Positions 1 through 8,920 of a DNA stretch of 64,000 nucleotides are shown piece after piece. Position 1 is the first letter of the stretch; every line of letters begins with the position of its first letter. A program made the position numbers and the translations under genes. Where the stretch lies: sequence record MZ443771.1; one strand, written 5' to 3'. The notes below the pieces were generated by a model. It did not search any database and was not told the origin of the DNA. It saw only the letters and a list, made by a program, of their open reading frames with translations.

Positions 1-1458
1 CCAAAGATCAAAGAAGCGTACAGGACGGCCATGATGGGCCGTCTTGGCACTTCCCACTTTAGTTCGGAAGTCACTCGCAAAGCATTCCGCCGCATAACTA
101 AGCTGGTGGAAGTTAAGAGCGAAATAATTGAATGGGACGACTTGCTGGAAGACCCTAACCTGAGTGAAGAGTTCAGGGACAGTCTGCGGGAAGCAGAAGA
201 AACGCCAGCAAAGACCATGAAAGGGTTTGATAAGATCTTCGACAGTCTGGAGAAGTATCGCCAGCGTCGAGATATCATGAACATCGGTAAGATGATTGCC
301 AAAGACTTTGGCGAAGCTGACCCGGAAGAGTTCGACGAGCATGAGTATATGCAGGGGCTTGCTGATAAGCTCGGGCAAGCTCAACGCGGCACACGAACGA
401 CAGAGAAAGTCTGGACGTTTGGCGGCAAGAAGTCGAACGCAACCAAGTTGGCGAAGCAGGTAATCACCAACCCGAAAGAAGTGATGTACAAGACCGGCTT
501 CTCAAGCTACGACAAAAAGAACGGCGGTTGGCCGACGACTGGCGTAGTGTTGTTAGCTGGTTCAACGTCCGGCGGTAAGTCTGTGTTGTCAATGAACATC
601 GCAGATCGCATGGCGAAGATGAATGGCATTCACTGTCTCAAGGTCACTCTCGAAATGACCGCCGAGCAGGAAATGAAGCGTATGCTGTCCATGATCAGTG
701 GCATCGACTTCTGGAAGATCAAGCAAGGCAAACTCTCGCAGCGTGAGCAGAAAGAACTGCTGAAAGCCGCGAAGAAGTACGACAAGCTGATGAGCAAGTC
801 GAAGGGGCGTAACTCGTTCACTTCACCTGAGCGTGGCATGTCGATTGATGACGTTCTGTATATGTCGATTCCGTATGGCGTACACGTAACGTTCATCGAC
901 TACGTTGGTCTGCTTGAAGGTATCGACAACGACAACCAGTGGCGCGAACTGTCTACCGTTGTTCGTAAAGCTAAAGTACACGCGTCAGCAACAGGCCAGC
1001 TTGTTGTTATCCTGTGTCAGCTTGATGATCAGTCAGGTCGTATTCGTTACTCTGGAGGTATGCGTGAGCACGCCGACGTTGTGTGGGCATGGAACTACTC
1101 TGACCCTGAAATCCGTGAAGGCAAAATCATTCCTGTTCAGGTAATGAAAGCGCGTGACGGTGAACTGTTCGAAATGCCTCTGAAAGACGTGTTTGAGAAA
1201 ATGCGTGTCGAAGATGCAGATGAAGGTACAGAAGTTCCGAAGTCGAAGGCCATATCTGCTGATGATATGGAAGGCGGCAAAGATTCCTCGAAAAAGAAAT
1301 TCGGAAAAGGTAATTTCAAGAAGAAGGGAGATAAAATTGAGATTAAGAAGTCGCGTCGTGGCGCTGCTGCATTCCTTAACTCAGGGTCTGACAGTGACGA
1401 TGACGACGGCGATTTGCCGAAGAAAAAGAAAAAGCGCAAGTCCTATGACGTTGCGTAA
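1..1458 (+). CDS. dnaB: DnaB-like (SF4) replicative helicase, 5'-truncated by the window edge
   Basis: Frame is open from base 1. Motifs: Walker A LAGSTSGGKS, LEM (TLEMTAEQ), Walker B FIDYVGLL, LCQL, RYSGGMREHAD, arginine finger KARDG. Ends in a low-complexity K/D-rich tail. Confidence 0.9.
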   Translation, partial: PKIKEAYRTAMMGRLGTSHFSSEVTRKAFRRITKLVEVKSEIIEWDDLLEDPNLSEEFRDSLREAEETPAKTMKGFDKIFDSLEKYRQRRDIMNIGKMIAKDFGEADPEEFDEHEYMQGLADKLGQAQRGTRTTEKVWTFGGKKSNATKLAKQVITNPKEVMYKTGFSSYDKKNGGWPTTGVVLLAGSTSGGKSVLSMNIADRMAKMNGIHCLKVTLEMTAEQEMKRMLSMISGIDFWKIKQGKLSQREQKELLKAAKKYDKLMSKSKGRNSFTSPERGMSIDDVLYMSIPYGVHVTFIDYVGLLEGIDNDNQWRELSTVVRKAKVHASATGQLVVILCQLDDQSGRIRYSGGMREHADVVWAWNYSDPEIREGKIIPVQVMKARDGELFEMPLKDVFEKMRVEDADEGTEVPKSKAISADDMEGGKDSSKKKFGKGNFKKKGDKIEIKKSRRGAAAFLNSGSDSDDDDGDLPKKKKKRKSYDVA

Positions 1459-1467
1459 GGAGTCTTT

Positions 1468-1710
1468 GTGGACGATATCCAATGGCAAGTGTTTGACGAC
1501 GCTGCCCGTGACAACATAGACAAGGATTATGTCTATCACATTCGCACCAAGGAGGGTGCGGAGTACAGTGGTATGTATCCCAACTACGCTGGGTTCCACT
1601 GTCAGAATCCCGGAGAGCCTCGTCGTGTCGATATGAGTGACGTTACTCACTATGCGATACAGATGACGTTCGACGATCACGCAGACAAGTACGTGTTCAA
1701 ACGTGGCTAA
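1468..1710 (+). CDS. hypothetical protein (80 aa)
   Basis: GTG start after the RBS aaggag; overlaps the next gene start. Confidence 0.7.
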   Translation: MDDIQWQVFDDAARDNIDKDYVYHIRTKEGAEYSGMYPNYAGFHCQNPGEPRRVDMSDVTHYAIQMTFDDHADKYVFKRG

Positions 1711-2500
1711 CTACGAAGGCCCGTACGGACTTGTTGAGTCTGACGACATGGTTCCACGTTGGTCGTACCCTGTTAAGCATGGACAGATACGAGCAGTAGA
1801 AGCGTGGGAACTTAATAAGATGGACAACATCACTGCGCCTGTGCGCATGGTGCGGGACATTCATGCGATTCATAGTATACCTGTAGAGGAACCCGATGAC
1901 TTACTCGACCTCGACGAAGAAGCCGAAAAGATCTCAAAAACTGAATCCCGACTTCTTATCAAGCCTCGACTCAATGAAGTCCGTTCCCGTAAGTACAAAG
2001 ACCACATTGGTCCAGAGAACGTCTTCACAGTCGAAGGTGACGTAATCGACGGTGCGCTCGATAGCATAGACGAGTTTTCTTCAACGTTCCGCGAGCACCT
2101 GCTGCGTAATGTATTCAGTGCCGTACTCGGCTTTGACATTGCTGCTGGTGAAGTGGAAGCAATCTCGAAAGACTGCCTCAAAACAGATTTGGAGATTGAC
2201 AGCGAACTCGTCCCATACATTGAGCGCGTGGGTATTGCTAACATCATAGGTGTAATGCTCTCTAAGTCCGAATCAGTACCCGAAGCAGTGCGTAGTGACG
2301 TGCTGAAAGACTGGCTTATCAAATCGTTCGATGATGTGCGTAACGAGTATAGGACGAAGACAGGCGATAACAAATTGCGTGATCGCATTCGTCGTCTAAT
2401 GCACGGTAACGATGAGCTTGTCGCAAAAGGTACGGGCATAGGAACAGCCCGCGGATTTACTGAGTACAGGAAGAAACAGACCGAGAATGGCCAAGCCTAA
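1703..2500 (+). CDS. hypothetical protein upstream of the terminase
   Basis: 265-aa ORF overlapping the terL start; no recognisable motif. Confidence 0.75.
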   Translation: MANYEGPYGLVESDDMVPRWSYPVKHGQIRAVEAWELNKMDNITAPVRMVRDIHAIHSIPVEEPDDLLDLDEEAEKISKTESRLLIKPRLNEVRSRKYKDHIGPENVFTVEGDVIDGALDSIDEFSSTFREHLLRNVFSAVLGFDIAAGEVEAISKDCLKTDLEIDSELVPYIERVGIANIIGVMLSKSESVPEAVRSDVLKDWLIKSFDDVRNEYRTKTGDNKLRDRIRRLMHGNDELVAKGTGIGTARGFTEYRKKQTENGQA

Positions 2501-5321
2501 AAAGGGCCCAGCATTCACTCTGCGTCCGAAACGAATAGCTGCGTTTGATGCGCTGCTTGGTGACGACGTTCGAGTGGAAGCCGCATCCGATGAGGAAGAC
2601 TTCTTATCGGATAATAGTTCGAGTGCGATTAACTTTCTCGAAAAGGGTGAGGTCAACATTGTTGATCTCGTCGAGGGTGCGTTAGAGCAACGTACAATCG
2701 TACCACGCGACTTGAAGTTTGATGACAGTTCAATGCCCAAGGCGAAACACTTCCTTGAGTGGTGTACGAGTCCAGACTTCTTAAAGTCTGACCCCTATCT
2801 CGAACAGGCCCTTATCGGCCTTCGCTTATTCGGCGAAATTTGTGTACGCTGTAGTCCTAACTTGCAGTGGATGTACACAGAAAACCATGAGCCACAAGAA
2901 ACGACAGCCGCGATAGAGACACACTTACACCTACTTCACAACGGTGTGTGCCCTCATTGCGGCGCTCGTCGTTCTGAGATGATCAAAAACGGGGAAATGA
3001 ACTTCTACAACGAACTGGCAGTGAACGCCGGACAGCGTTGTGTGATAGCGTCAACACCTGTTCTTACATCTCGTGGTATCATGCCTATCGGTCACATGAT
3101 GATTGGTCATGACACGCCTGGGTTCCACAAGCCTCGTCGCCACTATAACGCGCACAATGGCCGTGAGATCAAGAACGTCAGTCAAGTCTATGTGTCCGAT
3201 GTTGCGCCTACGAAAGTCGTAATGCTCGCAAACGGTATGTGGATTGAAGCAACCCATGAGCATCCGCTGCGAACCGAACACGGATTCAAGAAAGCCGCCA
3301 AGCTCGTTCCCGGTGACCGTATTGAAGTACGTTTAGGTACGAACTCGTGGGGCAAGATTCAACGCCCTGTCAGTATCTACGATGCTGGTATGTCTACGCG
3401 TGAAGATGCGCTGCGCTATATCTCTGATCGTTCGTTGCCATTCGGCTCGACGATGCAGCAATATGTGTCTAACGATGACGATGCTCTGCAAATGGTTGCG
3501 TCTATCCTGCTTAACGCTGGTTATATGCCAAGCATTCTGCATGGGCCCGGCGATAAGAGCATTCTGTTTGACCTGACTCAGCCGCCTCAGTGTCGTGCTG
3601 CACACATCGAAGTTATCACTGTCAATGATGGTGAAGCTCAGGTGACGTATGACCTACAGATGGAAGGCTTGCCGCAGTTTATTGCTGGTGGTATGCTGCA
3701 CCACAACAGCGGTAAGTCAGTCGTAGTAGCAATGATCTCGACCTACCTGACGCACAGGCTGCTTATGTCTCAGTCGCCTACAGGCATCTTGAGTATCGAC
3801 AGCACAACCGTATTGCACGGTACGTTCGTCGCGCTGACTCAGAAGCAAGCGTCAGATACACTCTGGACTCCGTACTTCAACTACATCATGGGCAGTCCGT
3901 GGTTCCAAGCCTATCACAATTTGATTCGCAAGCACGAACGCAAGTTCGGCATAGAGGTGATGAAGATTCGTGATACGTTCGTACTGTACGGACACAGGAA
4001 CTTCGTTATCTACCCCGCCGGTCCAGATGGTCGTATTCTTCGTGGTCGAACCCGTGTACTAGCGGTAATAGATGAAGTGGCGTACTTCGACAACGACGCC
4101 GCATCGAAGAAGATCAAAGTGAGTGCTGGTGCAGTATACGGTGCACTTGACCGTAGCCTCGCAACTGTACGAGCGAAAGAAAAGCGCCAGGTCGAAGCTG
4201 GCTATGATGAAGCGTTTACAGGTTACTTCTGCAACATTAGTAGCCCTGTACATGCGCGTGACAAGATCAACGAACTGCTTCGTATGTCTGTAGGCTCGAA
4301 GACGCTGCTTGGGATTCATGCTCCTACATGGAAGATGAACCCAGACATGCCGCGTAACTCTGAGTTCCTGCTTGAAGCGTTTCGTCGTGACCCTGTTGGT
4401 GCAGCCCGTGACTACGGAGCCGAAGCACCGTTGTCTGCTAACCCATTCATCACGCAGCCTACGTTTATCGCAGATGCTATTCGTGAGAAGGGTCGTTCGA
4501 TGTGTACCTACACGCATCACATCATTCGACACAAAGACGGGGAACGCCAGCGTTATGGCAGTCTCGTTAAAGCGGCAACGACAACCAAAGCGTCGATACT
4601 CGCAATTGATGCAGGCTTCTCGAACAACAGCTTTGCACTCGTAACAGGCTCACGCGGTGATGACGGCATTATCAGTGTCGATTGTCTCGTTGAGATCGTA
4701 CCGAAGCCGGGTATCCCTTTGAACTATACCCTCATCTTTGATGAACTGCTTATCCCGCTGTGTAAGGCACGTAACGTTCGCGTGATGCTTGCCGACCAGT
4801 GGCAGTCGCTCAAGCTGCTGCAAGATGCGAAACTGAAAGTGGATTCAATTGAGGAGTCTGACCAGTACAGCCTGAAATATCAGGACATGTGGACTGTTAA
4901 GACAATGTTCGAATCTACCCCTTCGAAGATCAGCTTGCCCCGCATGACCCACGCAGCGACAATTGCTGACACGTTGAAGTATGACGGTGATGAATATCCT
5001 CAGTGCTTTGAGAACAAACCAACAGAGCACTTGATAATGCAGCTCCAGACAGTGCAGGACACTGGGCGAAGCGTTATCAAGAACACAGGGGCAACCGATG
5101 ACCTGTGGCGAGCAATGGCACTCATGGTCTATGGCTTCGAGTGTGGTGAGTACGATGAGTATCTGACTAAAGCGGCAGAAGTAACGATGAATCGTGACCC
5201 GAATCGTCTTGGCCGTGTAGCGCATCGTCTGAACAAAGGCGTGGCGGGTTCTCTCAGCACATCGCTTACTGGTGGTCGCGTTCTTGGTAGTGCGCGTACT
5301 CGAATGATTGGCCGTAAATAA
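2487..5321 (+). CDS. terL: terminase large subunit, intein-containing
   Basis: After intein removal Walker A reads NAGQRSGKS. Walker B VIDEVAYF, coupling motif NISSP, RNase H nuclease ILAIDAG and TDDLWRA. N-terminal CxxC pairs (CVRC, CPHC). Confidence 0.9.
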   Translation: MAKPKKGPAFTLRPKRIAAFDALLGDDVRVEAASDEEDFLSDNSSSAINFLEKGEVNIVDLVEGALEQRTIVPRDLKFDDSSMPKAKHFLEWCTSPDFLKSDPYLEQALIGLRLFGEICVRCSPNLQWMYTENHEPQETTAAIETHLHLLHNGVCPHCGARRSEMIKNGEMNFYNELAVNAGQRCVIASTPVLTSRGIMPIGHMMIGHDTPGFHKPRRHYNAHNGREIKNVSQVYVSDVAPTKVVMLANGMWIEATHEHPLRTEHGFKKAAKLVPGDRIEVRLGTNSWGKIQRPVSIYDAGMSTREDALRYISDRSLPFGSTMQQYVSNDDDALQMVASILLNAGYMPSILHGPGDKSILFDLTQPPQCRAAHIEVITVNDGEAQVTYDLQMEGLPQFIAGGMLHHNSGKSVVVAMISTYLTHRLLMSQSPTGILSIDSTTVLHGTFVALTQKQASDTLWTPYFNYIMGSPWFQAYHNLIRKHERKFGIEVMKIRDTFVLYGHRNFVIYPAGPDGRILRGRTRVLAVIDEVAYFDNDAASKKIKVSAGAVYGALDRSLATVRAKEKRQVEAGYDEAFTGYFCNISSPVHARDKINELLRMSVGSKTLLGIHAPTWKMNPDMPRNSEFLLEAFRRDPVGAARDYGAEAPLSANPFITQPTFIADAIREKGRSMCTYTHHIIRHKDGERQRYGSLVKAATTTKASILAIDAGFSNNSFALVTGSRGDDGIISVDCLVEIVPKPGIPLNYTLIFDELLIPLCKARNVRVMLADQWQSLKLLQDAKLKVDSIEESDQYSLKYQDMWTVKTMFESTPSKISLPRMTHAATIADTLKYDGDEYPQCFENKPTEHLIMQLQTVQDTGRSVIKNTGATDDLWRAMALMVYGFECGEYDEYLTKAAEVTMNRDPNRLGRVAHRLNKGVAGSLSTSLTGGRVLGSARTRMIGRK
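3039..3707 (+). mobile_element. intein (223 aa, mini/degenerate) in the TerL Walker A motif
   Basis: Starts CVIASTPVLTSRG (block A), has block B EATHEHPL, block F VTYDLQM and ends HHN followed by Ser+1. Only a remnant of the endonuclease is visible (MVASILLNAGY). Confidence 0.9.
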
Positions 5322-5326
5322 AAAGC

Positions 5327-5340
5327 TAATTTAGACGAGT
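5327..5340 (+). promoter_or_regulatory. motif B (TAATTTAGACGAGT), candidate late promoter
   Basis: Intergenic between terL and the Zn-ribbon/portal genes. The identical 14-mer occurs on the - strand at 48580-48593. Confidence 0.55.
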
Positions 5341-5363
5341 CAGTTAATACAAGGAACTAGATC

Positions 5364-5579
5364 ATGAGCAAGCATTATAACCCGCTTCTGACTTCAAACA
5401 CTGTAAAGTCAGAGTCGAAGGACTCACAGGTGGAAAGCACAAGCGGCGCGTTCGTTGTTGATAGCGCCAATGTCTGTCCTAAGTGCAGTTCTGCAACCGT
5501 GCCTACGCAATTGCTTTCTGGTGAAGGCGTAATGTTCTGCACCAGTTGCCGCGTGAGTCTCGCAATCCCTTTGAAGTGA
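5364..5579 (+). CDS. small zinc-ribbon protein
   Basis: CPKC...CTSC motif; RBS aagga. Confidence 0.75.
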   Translation: MSKHYNPLLTSNTVKSESKDSQVESTSGAFVVDSANVCPKCSSATVPTQLLSGEGVMFCTSCRVSLAIPLK

Positions 5580-5586
5580 GGTAACT

Positions 5587-7521
5587 ATGGGCGTTCAGGT
5601 AGGTCGTCGTCATCTTGGCGGCGCACAGCCAGAGCCTGCGAAAAAGAAAGAGAAATCTATCGGCGCAGCCTCTTTACCGCGCGAGATAGGCAAAGCAATC
5701 CGCAGTGAGAGTTCGAGGCGCAATCTTGACTTCGTATCTCAATCTGCGGGCGGCGCAGGAATGGCTGCCGGTAATATGCAAATTGGTACTGTCCCTCTTG
5801 ATATCGACTTAGAGCCGATGATGGAAGGTATGGACTATGATGCTGACGACCGACAGCTATTCAATGTCTACCGCGATATGTATCACTTCGACCCAATCTG
5901 CGGTTCTTACGTGGACTTGTTCTCAACGCTGCCATTCTCCGATGTGAGTTTCAGTGGCGCGAAAGACAGTGTGCTCGAACCGTATTACGAAGTGAATGAG
6001 CGTCTGTCACTGACGACCAGTATGCCGAACATCACTACCGATATTCAGGTTACTGGTGCGTTCGTCGGCAGTATGATCTACAACAAAGACCGCAAAAAGT
6101 TCATCGACTTGATGACGCACCGTTACGACAACATCGACGTAACGCCACTGCCGTTTATCAGTCAGGACCCTATGTTCGAGCTGCGCATTCCACAGTACGT
6201 TAAAACTGCCTTCGCAAAAGAAGGTAAGCGTATTGACGCGCTGAAAAAAGAGCTGGGCCCTGGGTTTGTCGATAAGCTAATGAACGACACGACGATGGAG
6301 CTTGACCCCATCGGCACGATCTACATTCCGCGTAAGACGTTCAGCTTTGGTGAAGGTATCTCGGTGTTACGCCGTGTGCTGCCAATCTGGTTGATCGAAA
6401 AGAACCTGTATCGAGGAACGTTGATTGAATCGGGTCGTCGTCAACGCGGTATCTTACACGCCCAGTTGGGTGATGGTGATCAGTGGGAACCGTCGCAAGA
6501 AGAAATGGACTTTATGACCGACCTTCTTCTGTCTGCGGATAGTGACCCGATTGGATCTATCATTACCACGCGCTTAGGCGTGAACATCAGTGAGTTCCGC
6601 CAAGGCGGTGACTTCTGGAAGATTACGGACATCTGGGACCAGACTGCTCAATTCAAAATGCGAGCTATGGGCATCAGTGAAGCGTTCCTCAGCGGTGAAG
6701 CGAACTATGACTCGGGTGCTGCTGGCCTGACGATTTTCGTTGAAGCGATGCGAGCGTTCCGTGATCATCTGACGCGTAAAGTCTACTATGAGAAGGTCTT
6801 CCCTCTTATCAGTATGATGAATGGTCTGGCTGTTCAGCGTAACGGCAAGATCATTAAGAAGAACAACATGATGGAAGGTGGCTTGACCGAAATCATGTAC
6901 AAACTGAATGACGGTAGCAAACTGTTTATTCCGAATGTGCATTGGTCTAAGCAACTGCGACCTGATGTTGACCAAGCGATGATGGAAAACTTACGTGCGA
7001 TGACTGAGCTGGGTGTTCCGGTTCCATTACGTGCAATCGCTGCGGCTGGCGGGTACAACTTCGACCAGATTCTTATGGATCAGGATGAAGACCTCGCAAT
7101 GCGCCGTAAGCTGATGGCGTATCGCAAACGTATGGCAGAGATCGACGCTGAGTTCGCTCCTCCTGAACCTGGTGGTGGAGGCGGTGAAGACAGCTTTAGT
7201 TCTGTCAGTTCTATGTCTGCTGACCTCAAACGTCGCCGCAGACACATCGCTGGTATCGGCCTGTCTTCTGCTGTACTCGGTGGCGAACAACGCAAGCTGC
7301 TCAATCGTGACTTCGGTGAACGTTCCGAAATCTACGAAATCGGTAAGACTGGTAAGAAGAAACACGTCTTCCGTCAGTCTGTCGCAAACAGTCGTGCGAA
7401 TGACGCTATCTGGAAAGCGGCGAAGAACTATGAAGCAAACAAAACGATGCCTCTTGATGACGGCAAGGTTTCCTTCAAGCCTACCGCGCAGGAGCTTCGT
7501 GCAATGTCGAGACTCCGTTAA
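5587..7521 (+). CDS. probable portal protein
   Basis: 644 aa, located just after terL. Has a portal-like N-terminal stretch (YRDMYHFDPICGSYVDLFSTLPFSD) and a helical, disordered C-terminus. The call rests mostly on size and synteny. Confidence 0.6.
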   Translation: MGVQVGRRHLGGAQPEPAKKKEKSIGAASLPREIGKAIRSESSRRNLDFVSQSAGGAGMAAGNMQIGTVPLDIDLEPMMEGMDYDADDRQLFNVYRDMYHFDPICGSYVDLFSTLPFSDVSFSGAKDSVLEPYYEVNERLSLTTSMPNITTDIQVTGAFVGSMIYNKDRKKFIDLMTHRYDNIDVTPLPFISQDPMFELRIPQYVKTAFAKEGKRIDALKKELGPGFVDKLMNDTTMELDPIGTIYIPRKTFSFGEGISVLRRVLPIWLIEKNLYRGTLIESGRRQRGILHAQLGDGDQWEPSQEEMDFMTDLLLSADSDPIGSIITTRLGVNISEFRQGGDFWKITDIWDQTAQFKMRAMGISEAFLSGEANYDSGAAGLTIFVEAMRAFRDHLTRKVYYEKVFPLISMMNGLAVQRNGKIIKKNNMMEGGLTEIMYKLNDGSKLFIPNVHWSKQLRPDVDQAMMENLRAMTELGVPVPLRAIAAAGGYNFDQILMDQDEDLAMRRKLMAYRKRMAEIDAEFAPPEPGGGGGEDSFSSVSSMSADLKRRRRHIAGIGLSSAVLGGEQRKLLNRDFGERSEIYEIGKTGKKKHVFRQSVANSRANDAIWKAAKNYEANKTMPLDDGKVSFKPTAQELRAMSRLR

Positions 7522-7877
7522 TGTACAGCATGGCAACGTGTGCAATTGACGGTGAGGAAACGGTGGTTGTGTATCGCCACCCTATCTTCACTGACTACGG
7601 CTTAGGCTTGAAGATTAACCGCGGTGGCGACATGCCTCTTGTTGAATGTAGCATCGTTACAGGCAGCATTGATGGTGTGTCTAAGCTCGAACCAGTGACT
7701 GACCATACTGCACCACTCGAAGTGCAAGCATGGTGTTTTGCTGGTATGCTCTCTTTAAGGGACATGCGGGAATCTGTAAATATGCAGAGCCTATCATTAG
7801 ATGCTTTATTCCCGAATAACGGGGGCATCGTTTATTATCAAACCCAAACTCAGCAAAATCAGGAGAGTGCATCGTGA
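7521..7877 (+). CDS. hypothetical protein
   Basis: TAATG overlap with the portal stop codon. Confidence 0.7.
   Translation: MYSMATCAIDGEETVVVYRHPIFTDYGLGLKINRGGDMPLVECSIVTGSIDGVSKLEPVTDHTAPLEVQAWCFAGMLSLRDMRESVNMQSLSLDALFPNNGGIVYYQTQTQQNQESAS
7771..7782 (+). promoter_or_regulatory. motif A (AATCTGTAAATA), candidate phage promoter
   Basis: Exact copy of the motif that recurs upstream of multiple gene starts. Confidence 0.45.
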
Positions 7878-8260
7878 GTGGATTGTTCCCGCATCGCGTA
7901 ATTACCCAGAAAGAAGGCTTCGTGTTCATCGTTCAGCCCGCTGACGAAACGGATGCAGATGCCGTAGTTGCCGCAGAGCAAGTCGAAGAAGTTCTGGCCG
8001 AAGCGTGGCCGACTGCACCTTCTGAGCTGACTGTCGATGACGTCACTGACCCAGAAGAAGCAGAGCTGATCTTTGCTGACGTTGTGCAACTGCTGGAAGA
8101 AGCGGACCGCGAAGAAGCGAACCAGATCGTTATCACCAGCATCGTTATTGTTGGCGGTCTGGCCATCGTTAACTGTATGCTCACCGGCGAAGATATCGGT
8201 GACGACGAAGAAGACGAAGACGATGATTCCGTTGAAGCCGACGAAGAAGAGTTCGATTAA
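7874..8260 (+). CDS. highly acidic hypothetical protein
   Basis: GTG start after aggagag; D/E-rich with an acidic C-terminal tail. Confidence 0.75.
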   Translation: MSGLFPHRVITQKEGFVFIVQPADETDADAVVAAEQVEEVLAEAWPTAPSELTVDDVTDPEEAELIFADVVQLLEEADREEANQIVITSIVIVGGLAIVNCMLTGEDIGDDEEDEDDDSVEADEEEFD

Positions 8261-8269
8261 CGTCTGTCG

Positions 8270-8289
8270 TGAGGACCTTCGGGTCCTCA
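8270..8289 (+). promoter_or_regulatory. UUCG hairpin overlapping the RBS and start of the next small ORF
   Basis: TGAGGACC-TTCG-GGTCCTCA forms a perfect 8-bp stem with no U-tract. It contains GAGGA and the A of ATG 8289. Confidence 0.55.
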
Positions 8290-8423
8290 TGAATCTCACT
8301 GACAGCAATGTCGCATACGCAGCAAAGTTCCTTACGAACAAGACAGAAGACGAAGCCCGTGCTCTGCTTGCTGCACTCAAGAATGAGGAAGTGGAATCTC
8401 TGTATAACTTCTTGGTGGCGTAA
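8289..8423 (+). CDS. small hypothetical protein (44 aa)
   Basis: MNLTDSNVAY...FLVA; RBS gagga lies in the hairpin; TAATG overlap with the next gene. Confidence 0.55.
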   Translation: MNLTDSNVAYAAKFLTNKTEDEARALLAALKNEEVESLYNFLVA

Positions 8424-8920
8424 TGGAAACAAATTCAGTGGGCGCAAGCCCTAATAACGAAAGGCATCGCATCTTCTACAAGCAGCCGAAACGAGTACCT
8501 CCCTTCGATACAGCTTTCGTCCGTTCATCTAATCGTGAAGGTCTGAAAGTTCTCCTATCGGCTGCTCCTGAACATTGTCAGATTATTTTGTTTACGGACG
8601 GTCCCGGCGCTGCTTACGCCATGAAACGCCTCTTTAAGCGCAACTTCAAACTTTGTTCACAAGCGTTACAACTTGACCTAAGGACTCTCACGTTCACGGG
8701 TCAGGTCGTTTTTCAGTTCGTTCGTGGTGGTGCAATGCTCGACCCACTTGCTCGCTACTTCTGTGCTGGTGACAGTTACCTGCATGAGCTTGCGCAGACA
8801 AATAAGGGCATCGAGTTCGAAACAGACACGATTGATATGTTCTGTTGCGGTATCGGGTTTCATCGTGCGTTACGTGAGCGTGGTCGAGGCCGTTCTCTCG
8901 TATTCGCGGAGGAACAATGA
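8423..8920 (+). CDS. hypothetical protein
   Basis: Translationally coupled on both sides. Confidence 0.7.
   Translation: METNSVGASPNNERHRIFYKQPKRVPPFDTAFVRSSNREGLKVLLSAAPEHCQIILFTDGPGAAYAMKRLFKRNFKLCSQALQLDLRTLTFTGQVVFQFVRGGAMLDPLARYFCAGDSYLHELAQTNKGIEFETDTIDMFCCGIGFHRALRERGRGRSLVFAEEQ

Noticed and set aside
1420-1445. Eukaryotic nuclear localisation signal (PKKKKKRK) suggesting a eukaryotic virus
   Set aside because: SD sequences, Rho-independent terminators, spanins and gene content are all bacteriophage-like.
1703-2500. Terminase small subunit
   Set aside because: Only its position supports this; no HTH or oligomerisation motif was recognised.
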